A stretch of 64,000 bases of DNA from a bacterium (GTDB lineage: Bacteria > Spirochaetota > Spirochaetia > Sphaerochaetales > Sphaerochaetaceae). Every line of letters starts with the position of its first letter. The stretch's first letter is position 1. The position numbers and the translations under genes were made by a program. The stretch lies in contig CAVJIN010000001.1 in assembly GCA_963649615.1 (NCBI GenBank), forward strand, positions 12,307 through 76,306. The letters run 5' to 3'. Below the pieces are notes generated by a model, which was given only the letters and a program-made list of their open reading frames with translations, searched no databases and was not told where the DNA came from. This document shows, one piece after another, positions 17,141 to 26,397 of this stretch.

Positions 17141-17239
17141 GCTAAGTACCTCTTTGAGCACCAATTGTACCATTATGAAAATTGTCCTTCAAGATATTAA
17201 TAAATTGCGTGATTGAAAATTTATTGTTAAAATTGAGGT

Positions 17240-17767
17240 ATGACAACGAGAAGCCGTATTAAAGTCTTTGAGATCTTCACAAAAGCCCTAGTTAGTCTTG
17301 AAACTCAAGACAGGGCCCTTTTCTCCTGGCCTCGCAATAGAATCCCACTTGCTCACGCACTTGCCCTTCATCTTCACGAAGAGCTTGGTTCTTCTCCGTA
17401 CTCAGTAGACCTCTGCCCAGTCATATCACGGTCCAAAAAAACTATTAATCCCGATATTCTTGTGCATAATAGAGAAACAGACCATCATTTACTTTCAATC
17501 CTCTGTAGAAATGAATACCTAACAGAGGCAGAGCAAAAAGAACTTTCTACTATAAAAGCACTAGGCTGTGACTATGTTACCGCCGTTTCATTTCTACCAC
17601 AAAGAAACTATATCCTAGTTTACATTGCAAATGAAAACGGCATGGAATACTACCATTTTGACAGGAACCTCTTAATCATGGAGCCCGTCAGAAAAAGACT
17701 ATCAGTAGAGTCTAATGCCGACAACAAACAGCCAACTTTAGAAAAAATTCTTAAGAAGAAAAAATAA
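17240..17767 (+). CDS. Hypothetical protein (175 aa), family not recognised
   Basis: Single long ORF whose stop overlaps the next gene's start (TAATG). The SD spacing is poor, with GAGGT directly abutting the ATG. Confidence 0.4.
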   Translation: MTTRSRIKVFEIFTKALVSLETQDRALFSWPRNRIPLAHALALHLHEELGSSPYSVDLCPVISRSKKTINPDILVHNRETDHHLLSILCRNEYLTEAEQKELSTIKALGCDYVTAVSFLPQRNYILVYIANENGMEYYHFDRNLLIMEPVRKRLSVESNADNKQPTLEKILKKKK

Positions 17768-18486
17768 TGGGAATCAAGTATCAATTAGAAACAATCCCGG
17801 TTTGGGATGGCATAACAAGTAATAGTGAATGCTTTCTCTGCAATCTCATGCAAGAAGCACAGAAAGATGCTCTAAAATTCTACCTTGGCGCTTCAGTAAT
17901 GAACCCAGAAACCCGTATTAGGGTTAATGATATTGGCTTTTGCCCAAATCACACCACTATGCTAGTCCAAAGTGGAAGCCCTAATGCAATGGCTGTTCTT
18001 TGGGAATCTCACTTTACGCAAACAAGAAAAATAATTGAAAAATCAATTTTAGAGTTATCCAATACACACAATCCAAAGAAAACAATTGCAAAACTGTCAA
18101 AAACAATAGAATACAGAATTGAAGACCCTCAGTCTAATTGCCTAATTTGCAAACGCATGGAAGATAGATTAAACCGGTACTGTTTTACAATCGCCTATCT
18201 TTGGGGACAAGAACAGAACTTCAAAGAAGCTTTTGCAAACTCAAAAGGATTTTGCCTTCCTCATATGACAAAAATTCTTGAGCTCTCTCTTGAAGCACTA
18301 GATTCAAAACAACAAAAAGAATTTGCAAAAGCCATGAGCGAACTACAATCAAGAAATCTAGAAAGAATAGCCCACGACCTTTGGTACATGACAGAACACT
18401 ACAAGAGCGAAAACATAAATAAGCCCTGGAACGGCTGCGAAGATGCACAAAAACGAGCTGTTTATAAAGAAATAGGCCATCGTTAA
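17767..18486 (+). CDS. Cys-rich hypothetical protein with duplicated CxxC...CxxH modules
   Basis: The first module is ECFLC...(32 aa)...FCPNH and the second is NCLIC...(about 34 aa)...FCLPH. The pattern suggests two zinc-binding modules. Confidence 0.55.
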   Translation: MGIKYQLETIPVWDGITSNSECFLCNLMQEAQKDALKFYLGASVMNPETRIRVNDIGFCPNHTTMLVQSGSPNAMAVLWESHFTQTRKIIEKSILELSNTHNPKKTIAKLSKTIEYRIEDPQSNCLICKRMEDRLNRYCFTIAYLWGQEQNFKEAFANSKGFCLPHMTKILELSLEALDSKQQKEFAKAMSELQSRNLERIAHDLWYMTEHYKSENINKPWNGCEDAQKRAVYKEIGHR

Positions 18487-18527
18487 AGAACAATGGCCTT
18501 AAATCTTTCTTGAAACAACCTACCGTT

Positions 18528-19472
18528 TTACTTTATTAAAGCCTCAGCCTTTGCAGCAATGTCTTCTGCTGTGAAGTGGAAAGACTTTAAGAGATAGTCG
18601 AGTTTTCCAACTTCACCAAATCTCTCACCAACGTTAACAAAATCCATCTTAGTTGGTACAGTCTTAGCAAGATGGGCAGCAATTGCTTCGCCAACACCAC
18701 CTGCATAACGGCAGTTCTCGCAAACAAGAATATGTCCTGTCTCTCTAGCGGCCTTCTCAATAAGAGCAGTATCCAAAGGTTTAATGGTATGGAGATCAAT
18801 CAAACGAGCAGAAATTCCTTTTGAAGAAAGAATCTCATGTGCTTTTTCTGCTTCTCCAACCAAGGTTTCACCAGTTGCAACAATTGTAAGGTCTGTTCCC
18901 TCTTTGAGAACAATACCTTTTCCCAGTTCAATCTTAGTTCCTACTGGATAACGATGGGTAGCTCCCTTTCTACGAATTCTAGTATAAGAGCTGTGTCCAC
19001 TTTCATAGGCTTGGCGAACAAGTTCGTAACAGCTTTGTGTGTCTGAAGGGTCTAAAACAATGAGATCTGGTATAAGTCTCATAAGACCAACATCCTCAAA
19101 AGGCATATGTGTTCCGCCGTTAAGCTGAGCTGTAACACCTGGGTCTGTACCAATGAGATGTACTCTTCTCTTTGCATAGTTTACAGAAAGGAAGAACTGG
19201 TCATAGGTTCTTCTTGAAGCAAAAACTCCAAAAGAATGAGCAAATGGAACAAAACCCATAGACGAAAGACCTGCAGCAACTCCAACCATGTTGGCTTCTG
19301 CAATGCCACAATTAAAAGCTCGGTCTGGAAACTGCTTAAAGAAATTTGAACTGCCAATACAGCTGACGAGATCGGAATCTAAAAGAACTACCTCTGGATG
19401 CTCAGTAGCGAGGTCAAAGATAGCTGCATTCATTGCATCTCTCATGTTCTGGATATCGGATGTGTCTCTCAT
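18528..19472 (-). CDS. Transketolase, C-terminal (pyrimidine-binding) subunit
   Basis: 314 aa with FNCGIAEANMVGVAAG. It overlaps the N-terminal subunit gene by 4 nt. Confidence 0.85.
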   Translation of the reverse strand: MRDTSDIQNMRDAMNAAIFDLATEHPEVVLLDSDLVSCIGSSNFFKQFPDRAFNCGIAEANMVGVAAGLSSMGFVPFAHSFGVFASRRTYDQFFLSVNYAKRRVHLIGTDPGVTAQLNGGTHMPFEDVGLMRLIPDLIVLDPSDTQSCYELVRQAYESGHSSYTRIRRKGATHRYPVGTKIELGKGIVLKEGTDLTIVATGETLVGEAEKAHEILSSKGISARLIDLHTIKPLDTALIEKAARETGHILVCENCRYAGGVGEAIAAHLAKTVPTKMDFVNVGERFGEVGKLDYLLKSFHFTAEDIAAKAEALIK

Positions 19473-20302
19473 TTTGCGCCTCCAAGAAGGGCTGCAATGG
19501 CCCTTTCTTCGTCTTCATGACTTACTGTCATACTGTGGTTTGCTTTAATTCCTTCACCGGGCAAATAACCTTTACTCTTTATGGTGTCAAGAATAATCAT
19601 ACTTGGCCTGTCTTTGGCTTCCTTCGCGCACTGAACTGCGTGGTCAATTTGCTTGAAGTTGTGACCATTAATTCTCTGAACGTGCCAATTAAAACCCAAC
19701 CATCTTGTATCAATATTATCCATACAAATTATATCTTCTGTGTAGCCATCGAGCTGTTGGCGGTTAAAGTCTGTAAAAGCAATGAGATTGCCAAGTTTCT
19801 GAGTTGAAGCAAACTCAGCGGCTTCCCACACTTGCCCTTCCTGGCTTTCGCCATCACCAATCATCAAGTAAGTGTAAGAAGATTCTCCTTTAAGCCTTTG
19901 ACCAAGGGCAATACCAACTGCCGCACTTGCGCCCTGTCCAAGAGATCCTGTTGTAAAATCAATGCCGGGTGTTTTGAGCATATCGCAATGACTTGGAAGA
20001 TTTGTTCCGCCCTGATTAAGGGTCATAAGCCATTCTTTTGGGAAGTACCCTTTTTCTGCAAGAGTCGCATAAACTGCAGGACCTGCGTGACCTTTAGAGC
20101 ATACAAATCTGTCTCTACCTTCCATGGAAGGATTACTTGGGTCAATATTCATTTCATGGAAATAGAGATAAGTAAGAACTTCAATGATGGACATTGCTCC
20201 ACCAATGTGGCCATTACCAAGATGAGCAATCTCACGGATTGTAGAGACTCTCAAATCCACAGCCTTGGCCTTCAAAGCCTCTAATGTTTGAGTATCTAGC
20301 AT
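19469..20302 (-). CDS. Transketolase, N-terminal (TPP-binding) subunit
   Basis: 277 aa with GHIGGAMS, SKGHA and GDGESQEGQVWEA motifs. Confidence 0.85.
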   Translation of the reverse strand: MLDTQTLEALKAKAVDLRVSTIREIAHLGNGHIGGAMSIIEVLTYLYFHEMNIDPSNPSMEGRDRFVCSKGHAGPAVYATLAEKGYFPKEWLMTLNQGGTNLPSHCDMLKTPGIDFTTGSLGQGASAAVGIALGQRLKGESSYTYLMIGDGESQEGQVWEAAEFASTQKLGNLIAFTDFNRQQLDGYTEDIICMDNIDTRWLGFNWHVQRINGHNFKQIDHAVQCAKEAKDRPSMIILDTIKSKGYLPGEGIKANHSMTVSHEDEERAIAALLGGAK

Positions 20303-20326
20303 AGGTTACCCTCTCAAATTTTTTCT

Positions 20327-20348
20327 AAGGGTTTTACAAAAAACCCTT
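20327..20348. repeat. AAGGGTTTT-ACAA-AAAACCCTT hairpin (family copy b)
   Basis: 9-bp arms located 25 nt upstream of the ATG of the transketolase N-terminal subunit gene. Confidence 0.55.
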
Positions 20349-20450
20349 CCTTTTATTCTATCATCCTATATTAATCCTTTCAACGATTGATTTTCAGTTG
20401 CTTTTTCAGCTTGATTTTCAGTTAAACCAACTATTCATTCCAAGTTTTTT

Positions 20451-20459
20451 TGTTATAAT
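20451..20459 (+). promoter_or_regulatory. Extended -10 promoter element (TGtTATAAT)
   Basis: TG at 20451-20452 and TATAAT at 20454-20459. The predicted transcription start falls just before hairpin copy c. Confidence 0.4.
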
Positions 20460-20467
20460 CAGCGAAA

Positions 20468-20488
20468 AAGGTTTTGCTCAAAAACCTT
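20468..20488. repeat. AAGGTTTT-GCTCA-AAAACCTT hairpin (family copy c), followed by two extra GAAAACCTTT units
   Basis: 8-bp arms. AAAACCTT recurs three times with a 10-nt period (20481-20508), which allows alternative pairings. It lies upstream of the ATG at 20525. Confidence 0.55.
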
Positions 20489-20524
20489 GAAAACCTTTGA
20501 AAACCTTTAAAAAGGAAAGTCTTT

Positions 20525-22369
20525 ATGAAAAAAACCGTTTCTTTAGTAATTTTTTTCTGCTTAGCTCTATCACTAGTTTTTGCAGAAGCAAACGATCAAA
20601 AGATTTATAGTGTAGACAGCACAATGTATCAAAATCTTGTAAAACTCTACCTCGCAACTGGACATGCAATGCCATCCACAACAGGACCATGGAGTGGAAA
20701 CGAGCTTGAAAAAATGCTAGCTAAAATTGATAAAAACAGCATTCCGGAATATTTAACAGACACTTACGAGACTGTAGCACAAGAGCTAAAGGTACAGCCC
20801 AGCACTCAATTCGAGGGGGGAGGTATGGAACTTGACGGCACTATAAGTCTTGATATTTACGCCCATACATACAACGGAAACATTTCAAGAAAAGATTCAA
20901 ACGAAATTGAAGAAACCGCTTTTGCCGGAAGAACTTGGTGGTTTGGTAAAAACCTTAGACATAACACCCCATTTTTCAACCTAGAATGGGAAACTTGGAT
21001 AGGAAACAATTTCTATACCTATTTTTCAGCCTTCTTATCTAACTCAATAAGAGGAGCAAAAGAAATTGGCTCAACAAGGTTAAATTCAAACATCCCTACC
21101 TTACAGAATTTTGAACTAGATTTTAAGCTACTAGATGTCAACTTTCCAAACCGTGCCTTTGCTGCTATAGGAGGAAACGGCTGGACAGTACAAATTGGAA
21201 GAGATCAACTTAATTGGGGTAGCGGAAGTACAGGAAATCTAGTTTTAAGCAATAATTTTCCATATCATGACATGGCTCGTGCCACTATCTATACGAACAG
21301 ATTTAAGTACACATATTTGCTCTCATTCTTTCCAAGCAAATACAATTACTACACAGAAGATGGCAAATATATAGGAAACTCTGGAAACGATAGTTATAGA
21401 TTCCCTCTACAAGGCATTTCGTTTTATGCCGCACATCGTTTTGAAGGAAGAGTTCTTGAGGACAAACTTTCAATAACTGTAACAGAAGCAATTACTTATG
21501 ATTCTCCGTCAGGAAACATTACTTTTACATCTTTATGCCCAATGTACTTCATGCACAACGCATATATTCCAAGCAACACAAACTCAACCCTAGCTTTTGA
21601 GTTGAATTATACTCCCATTAAAGGACTTGGGATTTATGCACAATTACTTCTTGATAATTTTGCAATGCCTGGTTTTGAAACAAGTCCCGGCCCTAACAAA
21701 AAAGAAGACATAACCCCAGATGCAAAAGGATTCCTTTTGGGAGCAAAATATATAACAAATGCATTAGAAGGAACACTTACAATCAATCCTGAAGTTGTTT
21801 ATGTTCAGCCTTTTACATATCTAAGAGATGCAGCGGCAAAAAGAGGTACGGGAACACAACCTTATGGATTAGATTATATTGCGGCTATAAGATATCGTCT
21901 CTATTCCTATGAAGATTATGCTAAATCTGACATCTTATACGATGAATACGTACTAGGCTACACCTATGGCCCAGACTGTTTAGTTGCAAATCTTAGTGCC
22001 CAATGGGAAAAAGGAAACCTCACTATTGGTGGAAAATTCTTCTTCTTGGCTCATGGGACCCACGACTTTTGGACAATTTGGACAAAAGTCCCAGCTCATA
22101 CCTCTGAAGAAGATTACAGTAAACAATACAGCGGAATAAGCAGCGACCACAGTAACACAGGTAACTATAGATATGGAGACGAAGCAAAAAAGAGAAATAG
22201 CATTTGGTATACTTATGATATTGGTCTAAGTGTAAAGTATGACATGCTAAACAATCTTTCTTTCTCTGCTGCTGTTGATTTTGTAAATATGAACAACATT
22301 TTTAACATTAAGGGGCAAAATGCTAGTGATTTTCAGCTTATTTTGGGTGTAACATACAAACCGTTCTAA
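20525..22369 (+). CDS. Outer-membrane beta-barrel protein, possibly Wzi-like
   Basis: Signal peptide (ALSLVFA-EA) and a C-terminal ...GVTYKPF ending in an aromatic residue. The motif DQLNWGSGSTGNLVLSNN resembles the Wzi family signature. Confidence 0.5.
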   Translation: MKKTVSLVIFFCLALSLVFAEANDQKIYSVDSTMYQNLVKLYLATGHAMPSTTGPWSGNELEKMLAKIDKNSIPEYLTDTYETVAQELKVQPSTQFEGGGMELDGTISLDIYAHTYNGNISRKDSNEIEETAFAGRTWWFGKNLRHNTPFFNLEWETWIGNNFYTYFSAFLSNSIRGAKEIGSTRLNSNIPTLQNFELDFKLLDVNFPNRAFAAIGGNGWTVQIGRDQLNWGSGSTGNLVLSNNFPYHDMARATIYTNRFKYTYLLSFFPSKYNYYTEDGKYIGNSGNDSYRFPLQGISFYAAHRFEGRVLEDKLSITVTEAITYDSPSGNITFTSLCPMYFMHNAYIPSNTNSTLAFELNYTPIKGLGIYAQLLLDNFAMPGFETSPGPNKKEDITPDAKGFLLGAKYITNALEGTLTINPEVVYVQPFTYLRDAAAKRGTGTQPYGLDYIAAIRYRLYSYEDYAKSDILYDEYVLGYTYGPDCLVANLSAQWEKGNLTIGGKFFFLAHGTHDFWTIWTKVPAHTSEEDYSKQYSGISSDHSNTGNYRYGDEAKKRNSIWYTYDIGLSVKYDMLNNLSFSAAVDFVNMNNIFNIKGQNASDFQLILGVTYKPF

Positions 22370-22383
22370 GGGAGATCATTATC

Positions 22384-24114
22384 ATGCGAATGAGTAAACT
22401 TTTTTCTAAAACCCTAAGAGAAGCGCCAAATGGAGCAGATTGCAAAGGTTATGAGTATCTATTAAGGGCTGGTTATATTGACCAACTTGCAACTGGAATT
22501 TTTTCACTGCTACCTCTTGGATTTAGATCAATTCAAAAGATATCGGCTATAGTGAGAGAAGAAATGAACGCCTTGGGTGCGCAAGAAATTCTCATGCCAG
22601 TTGTAAACCCAGGTGACCTGTGGAAGGAAACTGGAAGATTCTACAGCATAGACCGCGAAATGAGTCGTTTCAAGGACCGCAATGACCGAGATATGTGCTT
22701 GGCCATGACCCACGAAGAATGTGCCACAGACCTTGGACGTAATATTATCGATTCCTACAAGCGTCTCCCTCTTTTGGTATATCAACTTCAAACCAAGTGG
22801 CGTGATGACCCAAGACCTCGTGCAGGCCTTATAAGAGTCAGAGAGTTCACAATGAAGGATAGCTACAGCTTTGATAGAGACCAAGCTGGACTTGAAAAGG
22901 TTTACAAAGCACATTACGATGCCTATTTCAGAATTTACAAGCGTTGCGGACTGCCTGTAATTGCAGTAGGAAGTGACAGCGGAATGATGGGAGGAAAAGT
23001 TTCTCATGAATACATGTATCTCTCTCCAATTGGTGAAGATACCATCATTACCTGCCCACATTGTGGCTACACAGCAAATCGCCAAGTTGCAACATTTAAA
23101 AAGCAATACTTTGCTGAAGAGCCAAAGGCAAAAGAACTTGTGGCAACACCTAACGCAAAGACAATTGAAGACCTCTGTGATTTCCTCAATATTCCAGCCA
23201 CCAAGACAGCTAAAGCCCTCTTTATGGTTGGTTCTTTCATTGACGATACAAACGGCGAAGAACAGGACAAACTCATAGTTGGCATTGTCCGGGGAGATAT
23301 GGAAATTGAAGAAAACAAACTTCAAAATGCAGCAAAAGCTAACTCTCTCAGACCTGCACACGAAGAAGAAATTCTCGCAGCTGGCATTGTCCCCGGCTTT
23401 GGCTCCCCAATTGGTGCAAAAGAGGGTACAGTCATCATCATTGACGACTCTGTAGCCAAATCAAACAACCTCGTAGCCGGTGCAAACAAAGAAGGTTATC
23501 ACTATCTCAACACAAATTACGGCATTGACTATCAAGGCCAGGTTGCAGATATAGCCAGCGCCGCCTCCGGATATGCTTGCCCAGAATGCGGACAACCACT
23601 AAACTCCTCCAAAGGCGTTGAAGTTGGCAACATCTTCCAACTTGGCACACGCTACTCCCAAGCCATGAATTGCTACTACCAGGACGAGAACGGTGTTCGC
23701 AAACCTGTCATCATGGGCAGCTACGGCATTGGCATAGGTCGCCTACTCGCCTGCTTATGCGAAGAATACAACGACGCCAATGGTCTGAAACTCCCCATTG
23801 CAGTTGCACCATACCAAGTCCACTTCATTAGCCTAATCAAAGATTCCGATATCTCTGATAAGATTGCCAATGAATTAGAAGCAGCCGGCATTGAAGTCCT
23901 CTATGACGACAGAAAAGAGACTGCCGGTGTCAAATTTGCAGATGCAGACCTCATTGGCATTCCAATCAGAATTACCCTTGGAAACAGAAGTTATAAAGAG
24001 GGCAAATGTGAAGTAAAGCTGAGAAGTAATGAAGACGAAGTAATGAGCTTTGACCTAGACAACCTTGTTCCAGAGGTCAAAGCCCTTATTGCTAAAATAT
24101 CTACCCTCTCTTGA
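22384..24114 (+). CDS. proS: Proline--tRNA ligase (bacterial type with INS editing domain)
   Basis: Length and class II motifs fit (FRDEMSRF-like, REFTMKDSYSF, GSYGIGIGR). The GGAGA RBS lies 14 nt after the upstream stop. Confidence 0.9.
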   Translation: MRMSKLFSKTLREAPNGADCKGYEYLLRAGYIDQLATGIFSLLPLGFRSIQKISAIVREEMNALGAQEILMPVVNPGDLWKETGRFYSIDREMSRFKDRNDRDMCLAMTHEECATDLGRNIIDSYKRLPLLVYQLQTKWRDDPRPRAGLIRVREFTMKDSYSFDRDQAGLEKVYKAHYDAYFRIYKRCGLPVIAVGSDSGMMGGKVSHEYMYLSPIGEDTIITCPHCGYTANRQVATFKKQYFAEEPKAKELVATPNAKTIEDLCDFLNIPATKTAKALFMVGSFIDDTNGEEQDKLIVGIVRGDMEIEENKLQNAAKANSLRPAHEEEILAAGIVPGFGSPIGAKEGTVIIIDDSVAKSNNLVAGANKEGYHYLNTNYGIDYQGQVADIASAASGYACPECGQPLNSSKGVEVGNIFQLGTRYSQAMNCYYQDENGVRKPVIMGSYGIGIGRLLACLCEEYNDANGLKLPIAVAPYQVHFISLIKDSDISDKIANELEAAGIEVLYDDRKETAGVKFADADLIGIPIRITLGNRSYKEGKCEVKLRSNEDEVMSFDLDNLVPEVKALIAKISTLS

Positions 24115-24117
24115 GTT

Positions 24118-25209
24118 TTAGTTCCAGTCTGAATATCCATATTCTTTCTTGAGGTCAGCAAACTGTTTTTTGATGACCTCATAGATTAAGCTAAGTTTTT
24201 CGTCGTGGTGAACAAACGAACTCTTCATTGCATTAATACTGATTTTCTCTAAATCTTTTAAGGTTAATCCAAAATTGTCACAGGCAATTTCTAATTCTTT
24301 TGTCATACTGGTATTACTCATTAGTCTATTATCAGTACAAAGGAAAACCCTAAAGTGATTACGGAAGAAAATTATAAACGGGTGTGTCCCAAAACTACTT
24401 GCCGCGCCAGTTCCTATATTACTAGAAAGACACATCTCCAAAGGAATTCTCTTATCTTGAATAAAATGTGCTAAATCCCCCATTTTCTCAATTCTTAAGC
24501 CATCAAGGCTCATATCGTCTACAAGATGTGTCCCATGTCCTATTCTGTGTGCTCCACAAACTTGAATGGCTTGCCAAATAGATTCAAGGCCAAAAGCCTC
24601 TCCTGCATGAATTGTAATATTAAAGTTCTTATTTCTAATATACTGAAAGGCCTCAATATGTTTCTTTGGAGGGAAACCACTTTCATCGCCAGCAAGGTCA
24701 AAACCAACAACGCCTCTGTCTCTGTAAGCCACAGCAAGCTTTGCAATATCAAGACTTATATTAGGACTTTGATTTCTCATTGCACAGAGAATAACTCCGT
24801 AATGAACTCCTGTTTCTCTTTTTCCTAATTCCATTCCTTCCAAAACAGCTTCAACCACCTGAACCATTGAAAGTCCCTTTTCTGTATGGAGAATTGGGGC
24901 AAATCTGATTTCACCATAAACAATATTTTCAGCATGCCAGTCTAAAACAGCTTCATAAGCAACTCTAACAAGGGCCTCTCTTGTTTGCATAACAGCCGTA
25001 GTCACTGCAAACGTTTCTAAATAAAGAGAAAGACTCTTTAGCTTACAACCCTGTTCAAACCAAGCTTTTAAATCTGTCGGATCTGTACTAGGGATTGAAA
25101 TTTCATATTTTTTTGCAAGATCAATTACAGTCGAGGGTCTTAATCCTCCATCAAGATGATCATGAAGTTCAACCTTTGGAATTTTCTTAATGATGTCATA
25201 AGGAATCAT
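24118..25209 (-). CDS. add: Adenosine deaminase
   Basis: KVELHDHLDGGLRP, HAGE and a TDN/TDD-type C-terminal motif (CTDNRL). Confidence 0.85.
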   Translation of the reverse strand: MIPYDIIKKIPKVELHDHLDGGLRPSTVIDLAKKYEISIPSTDPTDLKAWFEQGCKLKSLSLYLETFAVTTAVMQTREALVRVAYEAVLDWHAENIVYGEIRFAPILHTEKGLSMVQVVEAVLEGMELGKRETGVHYGVILCAMRNQSPNISLDIAKLAVAYRDRGVVGFDLAGDESGFPPKKHIEAFQYIRNKNFNITIHAGEAFGLESIWQAIQVCGAHRIGHGTHLVDDMSLDGLRIEKMGDLAHFIQDKRIPLEMCLSSNIGTGAASSFGTHPFIIFFRNHFRVFLCTDNRLMSNTSMTKELEIACDNFGLTLKDLEKISINAMKSSFVHHDEKLSLIYEVIKKQFADLKKEYGYSDWN

Positions 25210-25383
25210 TTAAGCCCTCCTCTCTTTCTTAACCCTTTTCATAGATTATATTCCAAACATAACAAGTATGAAAGAGTAATCTTAAAGACATTTAAAAGGC
25301 ATTTAAAAGGTTTACATAACTAGATTTTTCTGAAATAATCGGTCTTGTTATTTTTCATTATTAGAAAGAATAACAAGGATAGA

Positions 25384-25896
25384 ATGATGACAAACAAAAA
25401 AAAAGTTCTTAATAAAAAACTGCTAGCAGCCGCTGTTGAAGCAACAAAGGCAAAAGAAATCAACGACCTTCTCAAACAGGGCGCTGATGTTAATTGTGCA
25501 AATGATTGGGGAATGACTCCTCTCATGCTTGCTGCCCAATACAACACACATGTTGTAGTTCTTAAAGCACTTCTTCATGCAGGGGCAGACCTCCATGCAG
25601 TAGAACCAAAGTATAAATCTAATGCTTTACACCTTGCAGCTAACAAATGTTCAAACCCTAAAGTTGTTGAGGCGTTAGTTGAAGCAGGTGCCGATATCAA
25701 CGCAAGAAATTACCTTGGAGAAACTCCTCTTATCATGGCAGTACAGGCAAATGATAATACAAGAATTTTCTCCCAACTTCTTTCCTGTGGCGCAGACATC
25801 AATATTTGCGATTGGCAAGGACACAATGTCATGGATTATGCACGCAGAGAAAAAAGAGCTTACATGATTACAATTCTTAAACAACTTGGCTTATAA
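25384..25896 (+). CDS. Ankyrin-repeat protein (about 4 repeats), no signal peptide seen
   Basis: Repeated G-TPLM-AA...-LL--GAD-N units. The ATG at 25384 with an AAGGA RBS is preferred over the TTG at 25345. Confidence 0.8.
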   Translation: MMTNKKKVLNKKLLAAAVEATKAKEINDLLKQGADVNCANDWGMTPLMLAAQYNTHVVVLKALLHAGADLHAVEPKYKSNALHLAANKCSNPKVVEALVEAGADINARNYLGETPLIMAVQANDNTRIFSQLLSCGADINICDWQGHNVMDYARREKRAYMITILKQLGL

Positions 25897-25909
25897 TTAA
25901 AAACAATTA

Positions 25910-25997
25910 GGAGCGATGTCCGAGAGGTCGAAGGAGCCAGACTCGAAATCTGGTGTGGGGCTTGTCCTCACCGTGGGTTCGAATCCCACTCACTCCG
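25910..25997 (+). tRNA. tRNA-Ser (anticodon CGA)
   Basis: Cloverleaf fold: anticodon stem CCAGA/TCTGG with loop CTCGAAA, a long variable arm, and a GTGGG-TTCGAAT-CCCAC T-arm. The acceptor stem has one C:A mismatch at 5:68. Confidence 0.85.
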
Positions 25998-26006
25998 TAA
26001 AAAAAA

Positions 26007-26111
26007 GCTGGAAACAAATCACCTGCGTCTCTCCACTAACCACTTACCGTTGCTACCTCCCGGTCCTGGCGGGGTTGGGTGGCAGTTGGCAGCACAGAAT
26101 CTGTTTCCAGC
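26007..26111 (-). ncRNA. ffs: Signal recognition particle RNA (small/4.5S type)
   Basis: The minus strand reads GCUGGAAACAG...CCAGGACC-GGGA-GGUAGCAACGG...UUGUUUCCAGC. This gives the helix-8 GNRA tetraloop and AGCA symmetric-loop signature, closed by an 11-bp terminal stem and followed by U8. Confidence 0.8.
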
Positions 26112-26116
26112 AAAAT

Positions 26117-26208
<92 letters not shown>

Positions 26209-26221
26209 GGATAGCAAAGGA

Positions 26222-26250
26222 AATATAACAGAAATAAACACGTTCTTCAA
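26222..26250 (-). promoter_or_regulatory. Candidate sigma-70 promoter for tRNA-Ser(GGA)-ffs
   Basis: The minus strand reads TTGAAG, a 17-nt spacer, then TATATT, ending 13 nt before the tRNA 5' end. Confidence 0.4.
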
Positions 26251-26397
26251 GTCACAAGGCCAGTAAATATTGATGCAAAAATCTTCTCTGTTTGCTTGCA
26301 CCAAGGATATTGTGAAACCTCTCTATGATGAGAGAGGTATTCTCACAATAAATATTTATGACTTTCTTCTTGATCTTAACAGTCTAGAGAAGTATTA

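Noticed and set aside
22528-23361. 277-aa ORF antisense to proS. The same applies to the long antisense ORFs inside aspS (15661-16186), gyrA (47843-48286), the esterase gene (3612-4207) and others
   Set aside because: Each is fully embedded opposite a strongly supported conserved gene. The compositions are Cys/Phe-rich and typical of antisense frames in AT-rich DNA.
25289-25310. Tandem CATTTAAAAGG x2 between add and the ankyrin gene, considered as a mini-array or CRISPR-like repeat
   Set aside because: There are only two adjacent 11-mers with no spacers. This is more likely a slippage duplication in AT-rich promoter DNA.
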